NCBI GenBank assembly: GCA_965235115.1
Contig: OZ249452.1
Coordinates: 11,160,001 to 11,224,000, forward strand
Length of the DNA: 64,000 nt
Direction of reading: 5' to 3'
DNA from: Laetmonice hystrix
Taxonomy: Eukaryota
Shown: positions 39,860 through 52,503 of the stretch, in pieces
Layout: each line of letters opens with the position of its first letter
Numbering within the stretch: position 1 is the first letter of the stretch
Notes under the pieces: model-generated
The model's database searches: none
What the model was told of the DNA's origin: nothing
What the model saw: the letters and a program-made list of their open reading frames with translations, nothing else
Position numbers and translations under genes: made by a program

Positions 39860-40032
39860 TAAGCCTAATTAAGAAAATTAGCGTTAAGGTTAGGAGTAGG
39901 GATATCATTATGAAAAAATATTTAAATAATACAACTTCACGGACTTCAAGTTCTAGGAATGCAGGTCCGTCGGACTTATACTTGAGTGATAGCAGGGACC
40001 TGCATTTCAAGGCCGGGGGACTTGGATTTCGT
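39860..40032 (+). mobile_element. Dispersed repeat family B (Helentron/HINE-like features), copy 2
   Basis: cacggacttcaagttctaggaatgcaggtccgtcggacttatactt plus a gttaaggttagg-type tract. Related copies are at 35448-35530 and, inverted, at 56747-56935. Confidence 0.55.
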
Positions 40033-40396
40033 TCACACCAAATGCTGTCGCATGTAGGCATACCTATCAGTTCTAGCTATGTCGATTTAGACAGAAGTGT
40101 CAGTGCAGGGGATTATGGTCAGGTTGATGTTTGTCTGAGCTGGCCCTGTGTCGAGGACTAAGAGAGAGCTTAGTGTGACCCAGGTGTGGTCGGGAGAGAG
40201 GTATGCCCCTTAATCCTGTCCATTACCGGGTGTAGCCTGCATGGAAGGTCCGACCTCTGCAAACAAGATGCAACAACATACGATCCAAGCAGGGATACTC
40301 TCTGATTAATTTATTAGCTTTTAATGTAGAGTTTGACTATAGCTTGATCCGTTGTAAAACATGTACATGTGGTCATTATACTTTTGCTATACATTT

Positions 40397-40866
40397 TTAA
40401 AGGTAATCTCATATCAAAGCAGTAAATTTCCCAACGACAGTTTCTGTCAGGATGAGAGGCTGATCCGTGCTTAGACTTTCATTGTGGAAACATAGATTAA
40501 ATTCCTGATAAATTTGCTTAATAAATCTATTCTCTCGTGGGACTGCGCCCCCCCCCCCCCATCACCCACCCGCCCTGGCCGCCTCTATCCTAGCCCTAGG
40601 CTCTAGGCCTACCGACAGGATCGGTCCGCTCGCTTGCTGGCAGACAGCAGCATGCACATGCGCAAATAGAGAATGATATGACACTGTGACGTCAACGGAC
40701 TTCCGGACAGCACCACAATGGCGGCGCTGCTGAAGCGGGTAATTTTGATGGGAATATCATGTTCGACATATGTATTCTTGGAACGGGGCGGGAGGATTTA
40801 TTATTTGGTATACATGGAAGCCTTGCGGCGGTTCTAATGTGGTTTTTGACAAGTTTTACTCTTTAA
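40397..40866. mobile_element. Possible Kolobok-type element (TTAA at both ends) carrying CRE/ETS/YY1-like motifs
   Basis: ttaa-aggtaatc ... ttttactct-ttaa (weak TIR); internal tgacgtca, acttccgg and aatggcggc. Confidence 0.35.
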
Positions 40867-40989
40867 GAGCTGGGGGGAGCTGTCGAATAATTCTCGAAAT
40901 ATTGTACTCTAGAGGGCAAAGCACATACTGAAACTATTTTGTTCTCGCACTCAAGCGTGTGGCTTGAGTATGCTGGGTCGCTTCTCGAA

Positions 40990-41196
40990 AGGACCGGACC
41001 CCCACTAATTATTGATGCCATTCTCCTAGCGACGGCTTTGCGATTTTTGATTTATTGGTGGAGCTTCACTTTGTAAGTTTTCCCTGTTTCTGAATATGGG
41101 TTCCCTCCTTGAAACTCAAAATCACAGTAAAATAAAAAGGTGATGTCAATATCGCATGGACGTCGCAAAACCAATCGCCTGAGTGGACTAGGTCCT
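40990..41196. mobile_element. Harbinger-like MITE family A, copy 2
   Basis: Aligns along its length to 21701-21900; aggacc...ggtcct ends. Confidence 0.65.
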
Positions 41197-43289
41197 ATAT
41201 GACATTGTACTGGTCCGGTATGTGACCTAAGTGTCCCAACGCAATGTGTGTGCACCGGCTGGACAATTCATGGTTTCATCATCCGGGCACTTACACTTCT
41301 ACTGGGTGAAAACAACATGTATTAACCATGTATTTACCAGCAGAGGTCCAAGATGCCAAGGACTTGTGTGGCTAATATTGCAAGCTTTAACAGTCTTGGA
41401 ACTTCAATAATCCACTTGATTCTAACAATGTGACGTCACCCAGCAAGATGGCCGCCGCCATTGTCGCTAACGGGAAGTGACGTCAGCGCGAAACCCTGAA
41501 TAGAGGTGTACTAATTTTGTTCTCACTGATTAATTCGTTTTATTACCCACGACGTGCATTCTGGGATAGACATCGCAGTGTGGTGCTGCTATGTCGGGAT
41601 ATAATTAGTGTCTGATTAGTAACATAAAATATAAATGAGTTGACAAACACCGGAAACATGAAGTCGAATAGACTGCGGTAAGTATCAATTTATCCCCAGT
41701 TGATTTATGAGCTGGTGGTGATATAAGTGAGAGGTTAGAGAATTTGTTCAAGGGTTACGGTATGGATATCATTAACCTTCCCGTCATAGTTTTAATTAAC
41801 GACAAGACAGCAGATCCTGAACAACAACAACGGGTTATGAAACACGCCCATGGTCGTTAAATGTAGCAACACGAAATGTACTCTTGGAAAAGGCAAATTG
41901 TAGAGCGAAAAAAGGCGTTTACACTCCCTGTACTTTTTCAACATTTCAATCCAGAACTTCTAATTTTGTTGCTCACATTTTTCATTGAAAAGACACATTT
42001 TAGAAGAAACGACGGGGCAACTTTTAACTTTTCCTGCCTCATTTTCTTCCTGTGCTGTCTACGATTGCATACCAAGTGCTAGATGGCAATTTGATTTGCG
42101 AATTGTGCAGCCCTTAGGAATATCTCTTTCCAACAGTCTCTTTCCACCAGAATACATAAGTCGCCAAAGGATCGCTCAATAACCCTCGGCACACAGAAAA
42201 GAAGGAAAGAAATAATAAAAACCAAGCCTATCAAGTTGACCAGCAACAGTATACCACTGGAAAGCCTTCCAGTATCACGCCACTGCATGCCCTACTAAGG
42301 CTGGATGGGGCAGTAGACGATGTGGCTTCCAGTCCATCTGAGTAGCTAGAGCGGGCGCCCCCGGACGCTCTCCGCCGGATCTGGTCAGAGAGCCCCGGTT
42401 GCTGTGTCTGCACCTCCAGTTTGTTGGTAATGCCAGACAGCATTTGGGTGATTCCCGAGAGTCTGCAGTCCAAGGCGGCAATGACCTCAGCTTTCGCTGC
42501 TCGTTGGATGCCGCGACAGGAGGAGAGAGCACGTGGTATGGCTGCTGACCTTCTTGTTCCTCACCATTTTGCAAGGTTAGATGAATACTTCCCGTCAAAT
42601 AAAGTGTATAATCCGTTAGGTAAAAAGGTACGAGTCCAATGGGGGGGGGGGGGGGGGGAAGATGACAGTAGATGTGCCAGATAATTTCGACAGTGAAAAT
42701 GACAAGCCGTACGACTGAGATGAGGTAGGGATTGCAATGATGTAATGACTAGAGAGCGGGAATTAACCGGAAGTGACGGAGGTCTCACAGCGTCATTTCT
42801 CGCAATGTTACCATTACGCGCAATGTATAGAGTGGCGGTATGTTAGAGCCACCCAGCTGGACAGCCGTGGGGCCCAGTGGTACACAATGAACATCACCTA
42901 AGCCTCGTTTTCATCTTGTTTTTCTTTGTTCAGTCCGATTTGGGATCATGGCGCACTCGACACAGAACTTCTTACCTGAATCATTGAGAATAGAGACAGA
43001 CAATAAAGGAATCTATGTAAAACTATGGTGAAAATGGTTGTGAACTGTCACAAATTTGTTGCAATGTTAGTGAATGGCAATTCAACATTGGAGACTCGGG
43101 ATTGGAACCTTCAATATTTGGATAGCAAAGGTTTGAAATGCTTGCTTCTGACACGCTATAACCATTGTGTCATCCTGAAAAAAACCGTTCAGCCGATATA
43201 ATTGTGCTGTCTATTATCAGGGTCGAAAATATAACAAATATGTATTTCGTGTGAAGCCCAGCTCATTTTAATCTCCATTTATTTCTAAA

Positions 43290-43857
43290 TCATATCCCTA
43301 CTCCGTGCAACATCCTGGAAAAACATTGGTTGGGCCATTTCAATAGTTCTGAAGTTTGCGATGTGTTGATTGTAATTAGCTTTCGATTTCCTCTGAAGGA
43401 TTCCTCTTTTCTCGATTGTCGTATCACAAGCTGCCACCATGAACATGTCTGGGCAGATTCCATCAAGTATTTTGGAATATTGGTGTAACATTGATACAGA
43501 GAAGGCTCAGTTAATTTCGAAAAGGCCAGTAACACTTAACATCATGACGGATAACACTTTGCTTATATGGAAATCCATTAGCGATGTTTTCCTTCAAAAG
43601 GTTCATCGTACAATTAGTGAGCGTTCGTGAGGTTTTTAGAAGTTGAATTCTAACAACACACTTTGATATTGAGGTGAATTTCAGAATTTTGACTAGGTTT
43701 ATGGACTTTTGACAAACTGTCAGGTAATGTCATTTCCTTTCCTGGATTGTACTTGATTTCGCAGTCATACTTTTGACGATGAAGAAACATTCGTTGCAGT
43801 TGCTCTGAGGTGCTTTTGTTTTGGTGAGATGATTTCTAATGATCGATGATCGGATTC
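43290..43857 (-). mobile_element. Ty3/Gypsy LTR retrotransposon pol fragment (RNase H C-terminus to pre-integrase), pseudogenised
   Basis: Reads ESDHRSLEII, LQRMFLHRQKYDCEIKYNPGKEMTLPDSLS and LLKENIANGFP...YWPFRN*LS, which match ETDHKPL, RLQRM.L.LQ.YD..I.Y.PGK.M..AD.LS and GWP...YW..R.ELS; several frameshifts. Confidence 0.8.
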
Positions 43858-44021
43858 GTTTACGAAGGGGTTATTACACGACAAGTGATATAAAACCGCA
43901 TACACTTATCTATGGATAATGTAACACAGAGATATCATTCCCGGGTGTAGAGGATAATATTCTCAAAAGACACCATTTATAAACTCAGCAGATAAGTTCC
44001 ATGTGTTCAGGGGGGTTAACT

Positions 44022-44160
44022 TAGACCGGAAACCGTCCACCTCGCGAGGTGCAGGGTGACACATTAGCAGCAACCGTTTTAGTGGAATTCCCACTTGCGG
44101 AAGTGGCGTTGTGCGCATGACATAGCACTATGCCTAGCGAGGTGGACAGTTTCCGGTCTA
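44022..44160. mobile_element. 139-bp MITE with a 24-bp TIR
   Basis: tagaccggaaaccgtccacctcgc ... gcgaggtggacagtttccggtcta (1 mismatch). Confidence 0.75.
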
Positions 44161-45693
44161 GTCTATGCCAAGTTCAGACTGCTGCTAAATATAGAACAGC
44201 TAATCAGATAACTCCGCACACTAAAGATAGACTAGCCAATCCACTACTGGGTCGTTGCATAAATTCCTGCTCGCTAAAATTGCCATTGAAATGCAATGGC
44301 AATTTTAGCAGGCGGGAATTTATGCAAGGGCTGGTCACGCCGTTGGTGGGTCCGCTAGGGGGACTAGGGATAACATTCACAGGTTCGGGGGGTAATATTC
44401 ACAGTCTAAGTGGATACCATTCACGGATTCAGGGGATACTATTCAGAGTCTCAGCGGAAAATGTTCACAGGTTTAGGGGGTAATACTAAAACTTTCAGTG
44501 GGTAATATTCACAGGTTCAGTAGGTAGTATTCACACTCTCAGTGGATACTATTCACAGCGCGGTGGTACACACCAGATGCTCACGGGACAGAAGTAGGGA
44601 TACTGGAATTTCTTCAAACATCACGTGAAATGAGTGCAAGTGACAGAGAGCTGACGATTGTTTTGGCTTTGATGGCTAAACTAAAGGAAGACCTGAACGC
44701 ATTTTCCTCTCTAGTCTGTTTTATTTCTTTATTTTTGTAATTTTGTTGCAGCTTTCTAATCGAGTATCATAGAACTATTCTATCTTCGCCACACAACTGT
44801 TCGAGTGAATGGTGCAGAAATTATGTTTTATTCTACGATTTATTCAATTTATTCTCTTACAAAACACTTTTGTTTTCAGGCCAGTCAATACACTTTTGTT
44901 TTCAGGCCCGTCAATATACTTTGTTTTCAGGCCGGTTGTTGTTAATGGCATTAACTGCACTCGGTCTATAAAAAGTAAAGAGACTTTAAACAAACTCACT
45001 AGTAATATAATGTGTGTTTTGTATGCGTGTATACAACATGGCACGAACCAATGACATTCAAATACAATAAGACACTTGTACTTGAATATGGCGGCCGTCG
45101 TTTAATAGGGAGAATTTGTTGGAAACATTTTTATTTTGATTCAGTGAGGTCTCTGTGTACTCGGAGCGGAGTTATACAATCAGGAACATGAAGAGACATG
45201 TTTCAGATGAACTGTTTGTTGCAAGTTGTGTTTCTGTTTGTATTTGTGTTAACATGAAGCTTTAAAATTAATCCGGTGTCAATGCATTGAGAGTAGATTG
45301 GGATATGAAAGTTGTAAACGTTTTAATGAATCTTAACTATCATTATTTATTCATCGGTCAATATAAACTACTGGGGTTATGATGCTAAATAATGCTCTAA
45401 TTCAACCTTCAGAAATACTAACTATAAAGGTTAAGATATGAAGAGTCGTGTCAACACCACCCCACAAATATCATCTTAAAAGTATGTTGCACAAACTATC
45501 ATGTTTATGGGAAGTACTACTCCTCCACACACTTGGGAAGTTTACAGGGCAGGAAACGCGTCACCCCCCCCCCCCCCACCCACCCACCCCACTAAGGGAA
45601 AAAAAACCCAAAACAACGTATTTGTTCCTACGATGGAATTTTCATTTAAGCTGAAACGATTCACCGATAAATCGGCAAATTCCACAATCCTCA

Positions 45694-45720
45694 TTACCAT
45701 AGGCGTAGTTCAATCGTAGC
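45694..45720 (-). CDS. Predicted terminal coding exon of an unidentified minus-strand gene (ATIELRLW*)
   Basis: Acceptor ttttcacaacctctgtgttcag|; the phase 0 start matches the preceding exon; ends in TAA. Confidence 0.5.
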   Translation of the reverse strand, partial: ATIELRLW

Positions 45721-46110
45721 CTGAACACAGAGGTTGTGAAAAACCTGACAGTATGAAGAATCGATCGAAAAATGAGAATCTAGAAACATGTCAATTTCTT
45801 TCAACTTTTTCTGGATCGGCAGCATGTCTCCGACCCAGCATAGTTTGCCAGCTTTACGTATTGATCGACAGGGAACTGCTCAATTTTCCATACAATCCCC
45901 ACTTACCCGTCGTTAGAAGGGCGCACACTACAAAAATATGATTGCGCCTTATCTGGCCAGCCATCATAATCACAGTCAGATTTCACCGCAGTCGTCCTAA
46001 ATGGCTGCGCCATATAGTGTGTGTCGCATACTGCATGGTCCTCTCTGGAATCTCAGAACGAACAGTTGGGGTTCTCCACAATGGTGTCCTCAAACTCAAA
46101 CAACAGTTAC

Positions 46111-46175
46111 TCTTGTATGCAGTTCATCTGCAATTTCTTTTAGTTGTTGTTGGCGGTGGGTCCTGTTTGTGAAAT
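46111..46175 (-). CDS. Predicted internal exon of the unidentified gene (DFTNRTHRQQQLKEIADELHTR), phase 1 to 0
   Basis: Acceptor cttttttatgacaccaatctaccag|, donor |gtaact; 65 nt, open in the required frame. Confidence 0.5.
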
Positions 46176-46412
46176 CTGGTAGATTGGTGTCATAAAAAAG
46201 AGGGACTCCTTGCCAAAATTGGGCAAGGATGTCCTCTTTCCTTTTTCAATTCCATTTTCCCATTCACCTAGGTCTATCGCAGCGCCACCTATCCTCAATC
46301 GAACGTATGACAAAACGAAAGTAGGGATGTCGCAATACAACCCGTTTCCCGTCAGTGGCCCTTAATCTGCGGCAGGTTCCAGTTTGCTCTCAATGGGTTA
46401 TCGTGCATCATG

Positions 46413-46570
46413 CAGTAGTGTAGGAAGGAAAAAACTAATGGGGGGGGGGGGGCAGAAGTGACGTCACAATGACTTACGCCTATGCTTTTGCATTGAGTCA
46501 TGCGGTCATTTTATAAATATTGGGGGGGGGGGGCAGCAGCCCCCTCTGCTCCCAGCTTCCTACGCCCCTG
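46413..46570. mobile_element. Short GC-rich MITE (CAGGGGCGTAG-type ends)
   Basis: cagtagtgtaggaag ... cttcctacgcccctg; internal G-runs. Confidence 0.45.
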
Positions 46571-48869
46571 TCATGTTCCGCCAGATCTTTGAATGGTGGG
46601 ACTTGGACCGACCGACCAGTTTCAGTTTTTAGGTACTCTCAACTTTTCAGGTGCCCCAATCTGTTGATAATATGCAACCACCCATAATAATTATTATTCC
46701 TTTTTCCCGTCGTTGATCGAGTGTTCAATAATGTAGTCAACGGTTTCTCCTATACATCCATGGATGATGGGGGCAGAGGTCAATATTGCATCGCAACTCA
46801 AGAGAATATTTTGTATTCATTTATAAAGATCATTAGACACAGCTGTCTTCTTTTAATAGCTCTAGACAGCGACAACATTTATGGACCCTTTGGGAAGGAC
46901 TACCCTTGAACAGATTGTGCATTGTTACTTTGATTTGCTGTGCCTGCCAGGGTTTCTATGTCCTCAATTGAAACGGCTGTTCTCTAATCTTTAGTTCAAC
47001 ACTGGCTAACGTTTAATGTGTATCTTCCCGGTGATTTCGATTTGTCCCAGTTTGATTGAAGTGGTGACCTAGGGGTAAATAGGAGGGAATGTTACTTGCA
47101 AGGAAATTTTATGATAGAGTATAATCACCTTCGGTGGCCTTTGGTTCCCAGCATTTGTTCTTTTCTCATAATAAGAGAGGGTACTGATCGTACACATTAA
47201 GAATCTTTCTATTTGTACGAATTTGGAAACCGATATAATCGGGTACAGATACGATATCTGGCAAGCTGGGTATACTTGGTGTTTACATTCCAGCAACTTC
47301 AAAGTGCAGCTATAGTATTTCCTTTACCGAGAAACGGCCTGTTGTCCTCATACCTGGCTCTTCTTGAATGAGAGGACAGTGTGGGTCCCCTTCCCTTCGC
47401 TAGCGTTTGGTAAGAAGCGATGACTGGGTGGGATGATTGACGGGGAAGTGGTTCTTGTCGTTTTCAGCAGTGTTTTCTTTCGATTTCAGCCGCAATTGGC
47501 AGGTCGTCGTTACATTCCGTCTTATCTACACTGCCCCTCAAAATCCGTTATCTTTCACAGTCCCGCGCCTGGTCAGCACAACGCGAGCGCATCATCTTTG
47601 ACCATTTTCACCATGCGAGCCCAAAACCCAACATGGCAGTGTCCAGTCCTCTGTCACGAAGAATTCCTAGTTCACAATCTCGTTACGTTGAGTGAGCGAG
47701 CGCAAAAAGTTGAAAGTTGACGAAATCGCGCGCGCGACAGATGGCATGATGTGCGCGCGCGTCTAATGGAAATTACTGCAAACTATTTTTACTTTTGATG
47801 CGAGCGAGCGCACCAAAATAAATCGCTCGCGTCCGGTGGAAATCGAGATTGAGCTCGAACTGGCGTGCCCAATCTCAAGGGTATAGAGTAGTATCGGTTT
47901 AGTGGCGAAAACACAACTATTAGTTATGAGATCTTTAAATCGTTACATTGTGCAGGTTCTGTAATTACTTCTTGTATCGTTTCCTTCACTTTCCATCCCA
48001 AAACTCTGAAGTTTGTGCTCTAGAATTTTGTTACAAAAAGAAGGTAGGGACCATGTGGTATACAGGTCCGCTGAGAACATAACCGCGATAATATCAGCGG
48101 GTAGTGCTTAAAGCAGATTATACCGGCTTTCTCCAACCCTTCCAGCTTGCGATCTTAATTAGTACTTCAGTAATAAGCTTTTTGATTTATCTCACATGTG
48201 TTAGTTATTTCCCCGCTAATTGCATATTAAATTCATTATTTGTTCCAGAAAATGTCGATGTATGGCACCTAATCTGGGGGCAGTGATAGATCGGTATACG
48301 ATCTATGATGCCCGGCTAAGTAAATCAAAGTCTTTAAATGGCCAACGGCTATTCTAACTGTAAACGATAATCGATGAATTGTAAAATTCGGTGTTCTTGC
48401 GAACTAATCTCAGAAATGAGATTAAGAGCAACATCATAAATAATCTCAGAGTTACCGTCCAGATCCAGACGTTACTCTCTTGGTTGTTTGCGTGCATTAT
48501 TCACGTGACATTATCCAATGTTCAAAAAAGATGCATTTAATTTCATCTAGCCCTTTTCTAGACGCATGTGTTTAATTGTCTCTAATGTATCATTGGGGGG
48601 TAATGAGTGCGGCCTGAAGCTGCCTCCCGCAAGGCATGCTGGGTGTCTGCCCGACGGTCAACCTCAGCACCATCGGTCATTTCCACACAGCTGCTGGACA
48701 TTGCTACACGTTCCCTGGAACACAGGTCTTTCCCTCCCACCCACACCATTTTTTTAACGGAACACTTTGTGAGGTCGTTAAAATCAAACAATATTCCGTT
48801 TATCGTCACATGGATTTCTGTGAGATGTAATAATACAAACTGGTTCGGGAATTGATTATCTCATTACAC

Positions 48870-49706
48870 GCATATATAATTTTGTGTGTGTTTGCTTTAG
48901 AACACTTATCTCGACGTTGACACAGAAATGCATCTATAATTATGTGTGTGTTTGCTTTAGAACACTTATCTCGACGTTGACACAGAGATGCATCTATAAT
49001 TATGTGTGTGTTTGCTTTAGAACACTTATCTCGACGTTGACACAGAAAGGCATATCGTTTTGTGTGTGTTTGCTTTAGAACACTTATCTCGACGTTGACA
49101 CAGAAAGGCATATAAATTTGTGTGTGTTTGCTTTAGGACACTTATCTCGACGTTGACACAGAAATGCATATAGTTATGTGTGTGTTTGCTTTAGAACACT
49201 CATCTCGACGTTGACACAGAAATGCATATTTATAATTATGTGTGTGTTTGCTTTAGGACACTTATCTCGACGTTGATACAGAAATGCATATTTATAATTT
49301 TGTGTGTGTTTGCTTTAGAACACTTATCTCGACGTTGACACAGAAATGCATCTATAAAATGTGTGTGTTTGCTTTAGGACACTTATCTCGACGTTGACAC
49401 AGAAATGCATCTATAATTATATGTGTGTTTGCTTTAGGACACTTATCTCGACGTTGACACAGAAATGCATATAGTTATGTGTGTGTTTGCTTTAGAACAC
49501 TCATCTCGACGTTGACACAGAAATGCATATAACTATGTGTGTGTTTGCTTTAGAACACTTATCTCGACGTTGACACAGAAAGGCATATATAATTATGTGT
49601 GTGTTTGCTTTAGGACACCTATCTCGACGTTGACACAGAAAGCCATATATATAATTATGTGTGTGTTTGCTTTAGGACACTTATCTCGACGTTGACACAG
49701 AAATGC
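48870..49706. repeat. Minisatellite, about 56-62 bp x about 14
   Basis: Conserved tgtgtgtgtttgctttagaacacttatctcgacgttgacacagaaa plus a variable AT-rich linker. Confidence 0.95.
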
Positions 49707-49902
49707 CCCCTATAAAAGGAAACAATAATTGTGCACGGAAGTCCCGCCAGAATATGTGGTTATGGCGCGCTGATAACTTCAGATATTGAGGCGAAAACTG
49801 TTGGAAACGAGCACGACTCCTGGGTGTCGTCGACCTTCTGGAGGAGCAGTCTTTGTGGCTCGCTAATCAAGTCAGCTGCACGGATGTCCCGGAGGCAGTT
49901 AC

Positions 49903-50057
49903 CTCGGGTTTCCCTTTCAATTTTCCAAATGTCCACAGCAGCCAGGGTGGAAACGCTACGTAATTCCGTTGAAGTAAGACTTATCGAATGCGACCTCCGA
50001 CAGCTGCTAATGATGGAAAGCCGTTCTGGGGAATAACCAATGTTCTTTGTTCGCTTG
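49903..50057 (-). CDS. Predicted internal exon of the unidentified gene (KRTKNIGYSPERL...AVDIWKIERETR), phase 2 to 1
   Basis: Strong acceptor cccttcatctttttgcttgcag|, donor gag|gtaact; 155 nt; lies within track ORF 49760..50128. Confidence 0.55.
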
Positions 50058-50122
50058 CTGCAAGCAAAAAGATGAAGGGTAATGGAGAGAGCGTTCCCTC
50101 CTTTTGATTCAATGGTTAGTAC

Positions 50123-50214
50123 CAACATCCCAAGATACAGATTGGTCTACGCGCGACGACCTTGCAAACATCGTAAACACCATGCCAGGACCGCGGACTT
50201 TGCCTGAATGTGTT
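50123..50214 (-). CDS. Predicted internal exon of the unidentified gene (NTFRQSPRSWHGVYDVCKVVARRPICILGC), phase 0 to 2
   Basis: Strong acceptor ttttttcgttattattgtag|, donor |gtacta; followed by a 65-nt intron. A second frame is also open, so the frame is inferred from neighbouring exons. Confidence 0.45.
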
Positions 50215-50680
50215 CTACAATAATAACGAAAAAAGGTCTATATTATAAAGGGTGGCCCCCTTTATAACCCTTTCAACCCTTTTCTAGACACACCCACATG
50301 TGTGTACACATTTACCACATAGATCTAGGAGCGTTCGTTTACGACTTCCTTTGCTCCCCAAAATGAATTCTGTTTGTAAGAAGTATCTCAAGCACCATAA
50401 ATCATGAAATATTTCATCCTGAACTTTGCTGGGTCACCCTTTAACTAGAGATGGAGATCTCCCCCAACCCAACCCCCCACACCCCAACCCTCCCCCTACA
50501 CCCTCACACATCATCCTGATTCCATTCTTCCGCAAATTTCTTTAAAAGTTAGCCTGTTGACCGCACACCGATGATCTCTGACTTAGAGTAAGTTCCAGTT
50601 AAATATAACGAGTCACACATTGCTATAATAGTTCCCAGGGGATGAACCCTGCCTGATGTATTAGGGAGGATGGCAGTCAT

Positions 50681-51199
50681 TTAACCCTCAAGCGACCGGG
50701 TGGGGTAATTTCCGACCCCAGACGTATAGTTTTATGTGTAGTTTGAACATTTTGAATCAGAACAAGCGTATTCTATGCTAACTTTGTCAATGTACTTCTT
50801 TTAAATATTTTTGTAGATTTTTATATAGGTATCGCAACCTAAGGTGTGGTCAGGGTAGTAGAAAGTTGCGGGGGTCATAAATCACCCCAGCTAAATTAAT
50901 TTTGCTTGATTTCTAACATCGTAGGCTATGATTATAGCAACTTCTCCTCAATACATGTATATTAAAGTTGGTAGCGTTCGAGATGGTTCAGTTTCAGTAA
51001 ATCAAAACCACAAATATTTACATTAGAATATTTTGGTAGGTATGTCACAAGGTTTAGGGAACAGTTAATACTTGATATACACAATAGCGCCATTCAAAAA
51101 TGGTTATATTGTATTCCTATATAAAATACAATGGGGTCTTTATAATGACCCCACTCGGTCATTAGTGTATGTAAAATTGTTTGGTCGCTTGAGGGTTAA
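50681..51199. mobile_element. piggyBac-type MITE (TTAA TSD, CCC termini), about 511 bp
   Basis: Perfect inverted ends ttaaccctcaagcgacc and ggtcgcttgagggttaa. Confidence 0.85.
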
Positions 51200-51852
51200 A
51201 CAAAGAGGTAACAAATCCATAAAAGCATCAGACGTATCAACATGAATGTTATTGTCTGGCTTCCTTTGATGCCGTTCCAGAAGTGCCACTGCAATCATCA
51301 TCAAATATATCACCATCGTTTCTATCTCTATTATATTAGGATTCGTGTCGGGCGAACGGCTAGATACAGTAGGTAGTTCTTCATAAATACACATGATGAT
51401 TCATTGTGCTCGGGTTCCTGTGTCGTTTCTTAGGTAATATGGAATGGACGTATAAAAATGAGGCTTCATCACCGTGCAGCTAGATTGAGCTAGGTTCAGC
51501 ACAGCCACCGGGTCTCATTCTAATAAAAGGCGGCTGCAGGCAGACCGGCGACTTTGTCAGCAATGAAAAAAACGCCTGATGTGATTCTGAGGACTCTTAT
51601 GACAAATGGTTATAAATATCGTTAGTGCTGTGTGGATGGGCATGCCAGAAAAAGGCCTACAGAAAAATACGAAACGCTGCTCATTGCTGCTCCCATAGTT
51701 ATGGAGTCCACATGGAGAGGGATCTCCGCTGGATCTGTGCACTTCCGGTTGCGACGTATGCTGTCTCATCCTTAACGTCATTCTGACCTTTAGCCGCAGC
51801 GTCTGGGTGGTCCCTTTGCGATCATTTTCGGCGACATTGCGCTCAAACTTAC

Positions 51853-51954
51853 CGGGCACTGGGGGTGTGGGGCCTGCTGTTGGAACAGCCGCGCGTAATT
51901 TATAATACATGTTCCGGCGCTTCCATCGGACCTCATACTTAACGTCGCGTCACC
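51853..51954 (-). CDS. Predicted internal exon of the unidentified gene (GDATLSMRSDGSAGTCIINYARLFQQQAPHPQCP), phase 0 to 0
   Basis: Acceptor ttgattgtacatgttacag|, perfect donor g|gtaagt; only one of the three frames is open across 102 nt. Confidence 0.5.
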
Positions 51955-51977
51955 CTGTAACATGTACAATCAAATCA

Positions 51978-52033
51978 GTCCGTATGGAACACGTGTTCGT
52001 ATTCTACGTATGGAACACGTGTTCCATACGGAC
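51978..52033. repeat. 56-bp foldback: perfect 21-bp inverted repeat, including a 24-bp perfect palindrome
   Basis: gtccgtatggaacacgtgttc-14 nt-gaacacgtgttccatacggac. Confidence 0.9.
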
Positions 52034-52503
52034 CACCGTATCCCCCCCCGCCCATGGCACTGGCAGATAGAATCCGCATATAATAAAGGCCTGTAGCCTA
52101 CATGTATGATAGACACACTGTGTATGCCTATAGTTGTATGATGACCACTCAAGCTACTGCCATGATCAGGATTAAGATCTGCTCTGCCCACGTCCGTGAA
52201 CCTCCGAGGACGCCATATGTTTTCTCTGCACCCCCAGGAAGACACGCTCCGATCAGCGTGTCGATAACACCCCCGCCCCCTCCCCCGCCGCGGGAGGTCA
52301 TCCTCAGCCCGATCCTCACTACCCCGGCTCGGGGAGCCCCCTACCCCCACCCCCAACCGAACCCTAACCCCCTACCCCCCCGCCTCGGAAACAATCGATC
52401 ATAACGGACACGGGACGGTTTCCCTCGCCCATCTGAAGACAACCCTCTCGACTGATCGATCAACCCTAGTCCAGACCCCTGTTTTGTTTTGCTGATTCCA
52501 TAC

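Noticed and set aside
40718-40740. Apparent first exon MAALLKR followed by GTAATT
   Set aside because: It lies inside a probable TTAA-flanked transposon where aatggcggc is a common motif, and no compatible second exon was found (joining to about 42935 hits a stop).
41849-41960. THAP-like wording MVVKCSNTKC ... W ... FQHF
   Set aside because: The spacing is far too short, the third Cys is absent and two frames are needed; it cannot be supported.
42079-42788. Cluster of GC-rich ORFs on both strands
   Set aside because: No recognisable motif or consistent splice sites; possibly a decayed retroelement gag-like piece, but unsupported.
48870-49706. CRISPR-like look: conserved core of about 46 bp with variable linkers
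   Set aside because: The linkers are short (10-16 bp) and clearly related to each other, there are no cas genes, and the context is eukaryotic.
51597-51654. Minus-strand acceptor tttcgtatttttctgtag giving AFFWHAHPHSTNDIYNHLS*
   Set aside because: All frames stop without a donor. It could be an alternative terminal exon, but there is no support, so it is not listed as a feature.
52102-52404. Proline-rich + strand ORF with a good acceptor at about 52237
   Set aside because: It is low-complexity C-rich sequence, ambiguous among frames, and would overlap the better-supported minus-strand gene antisense.
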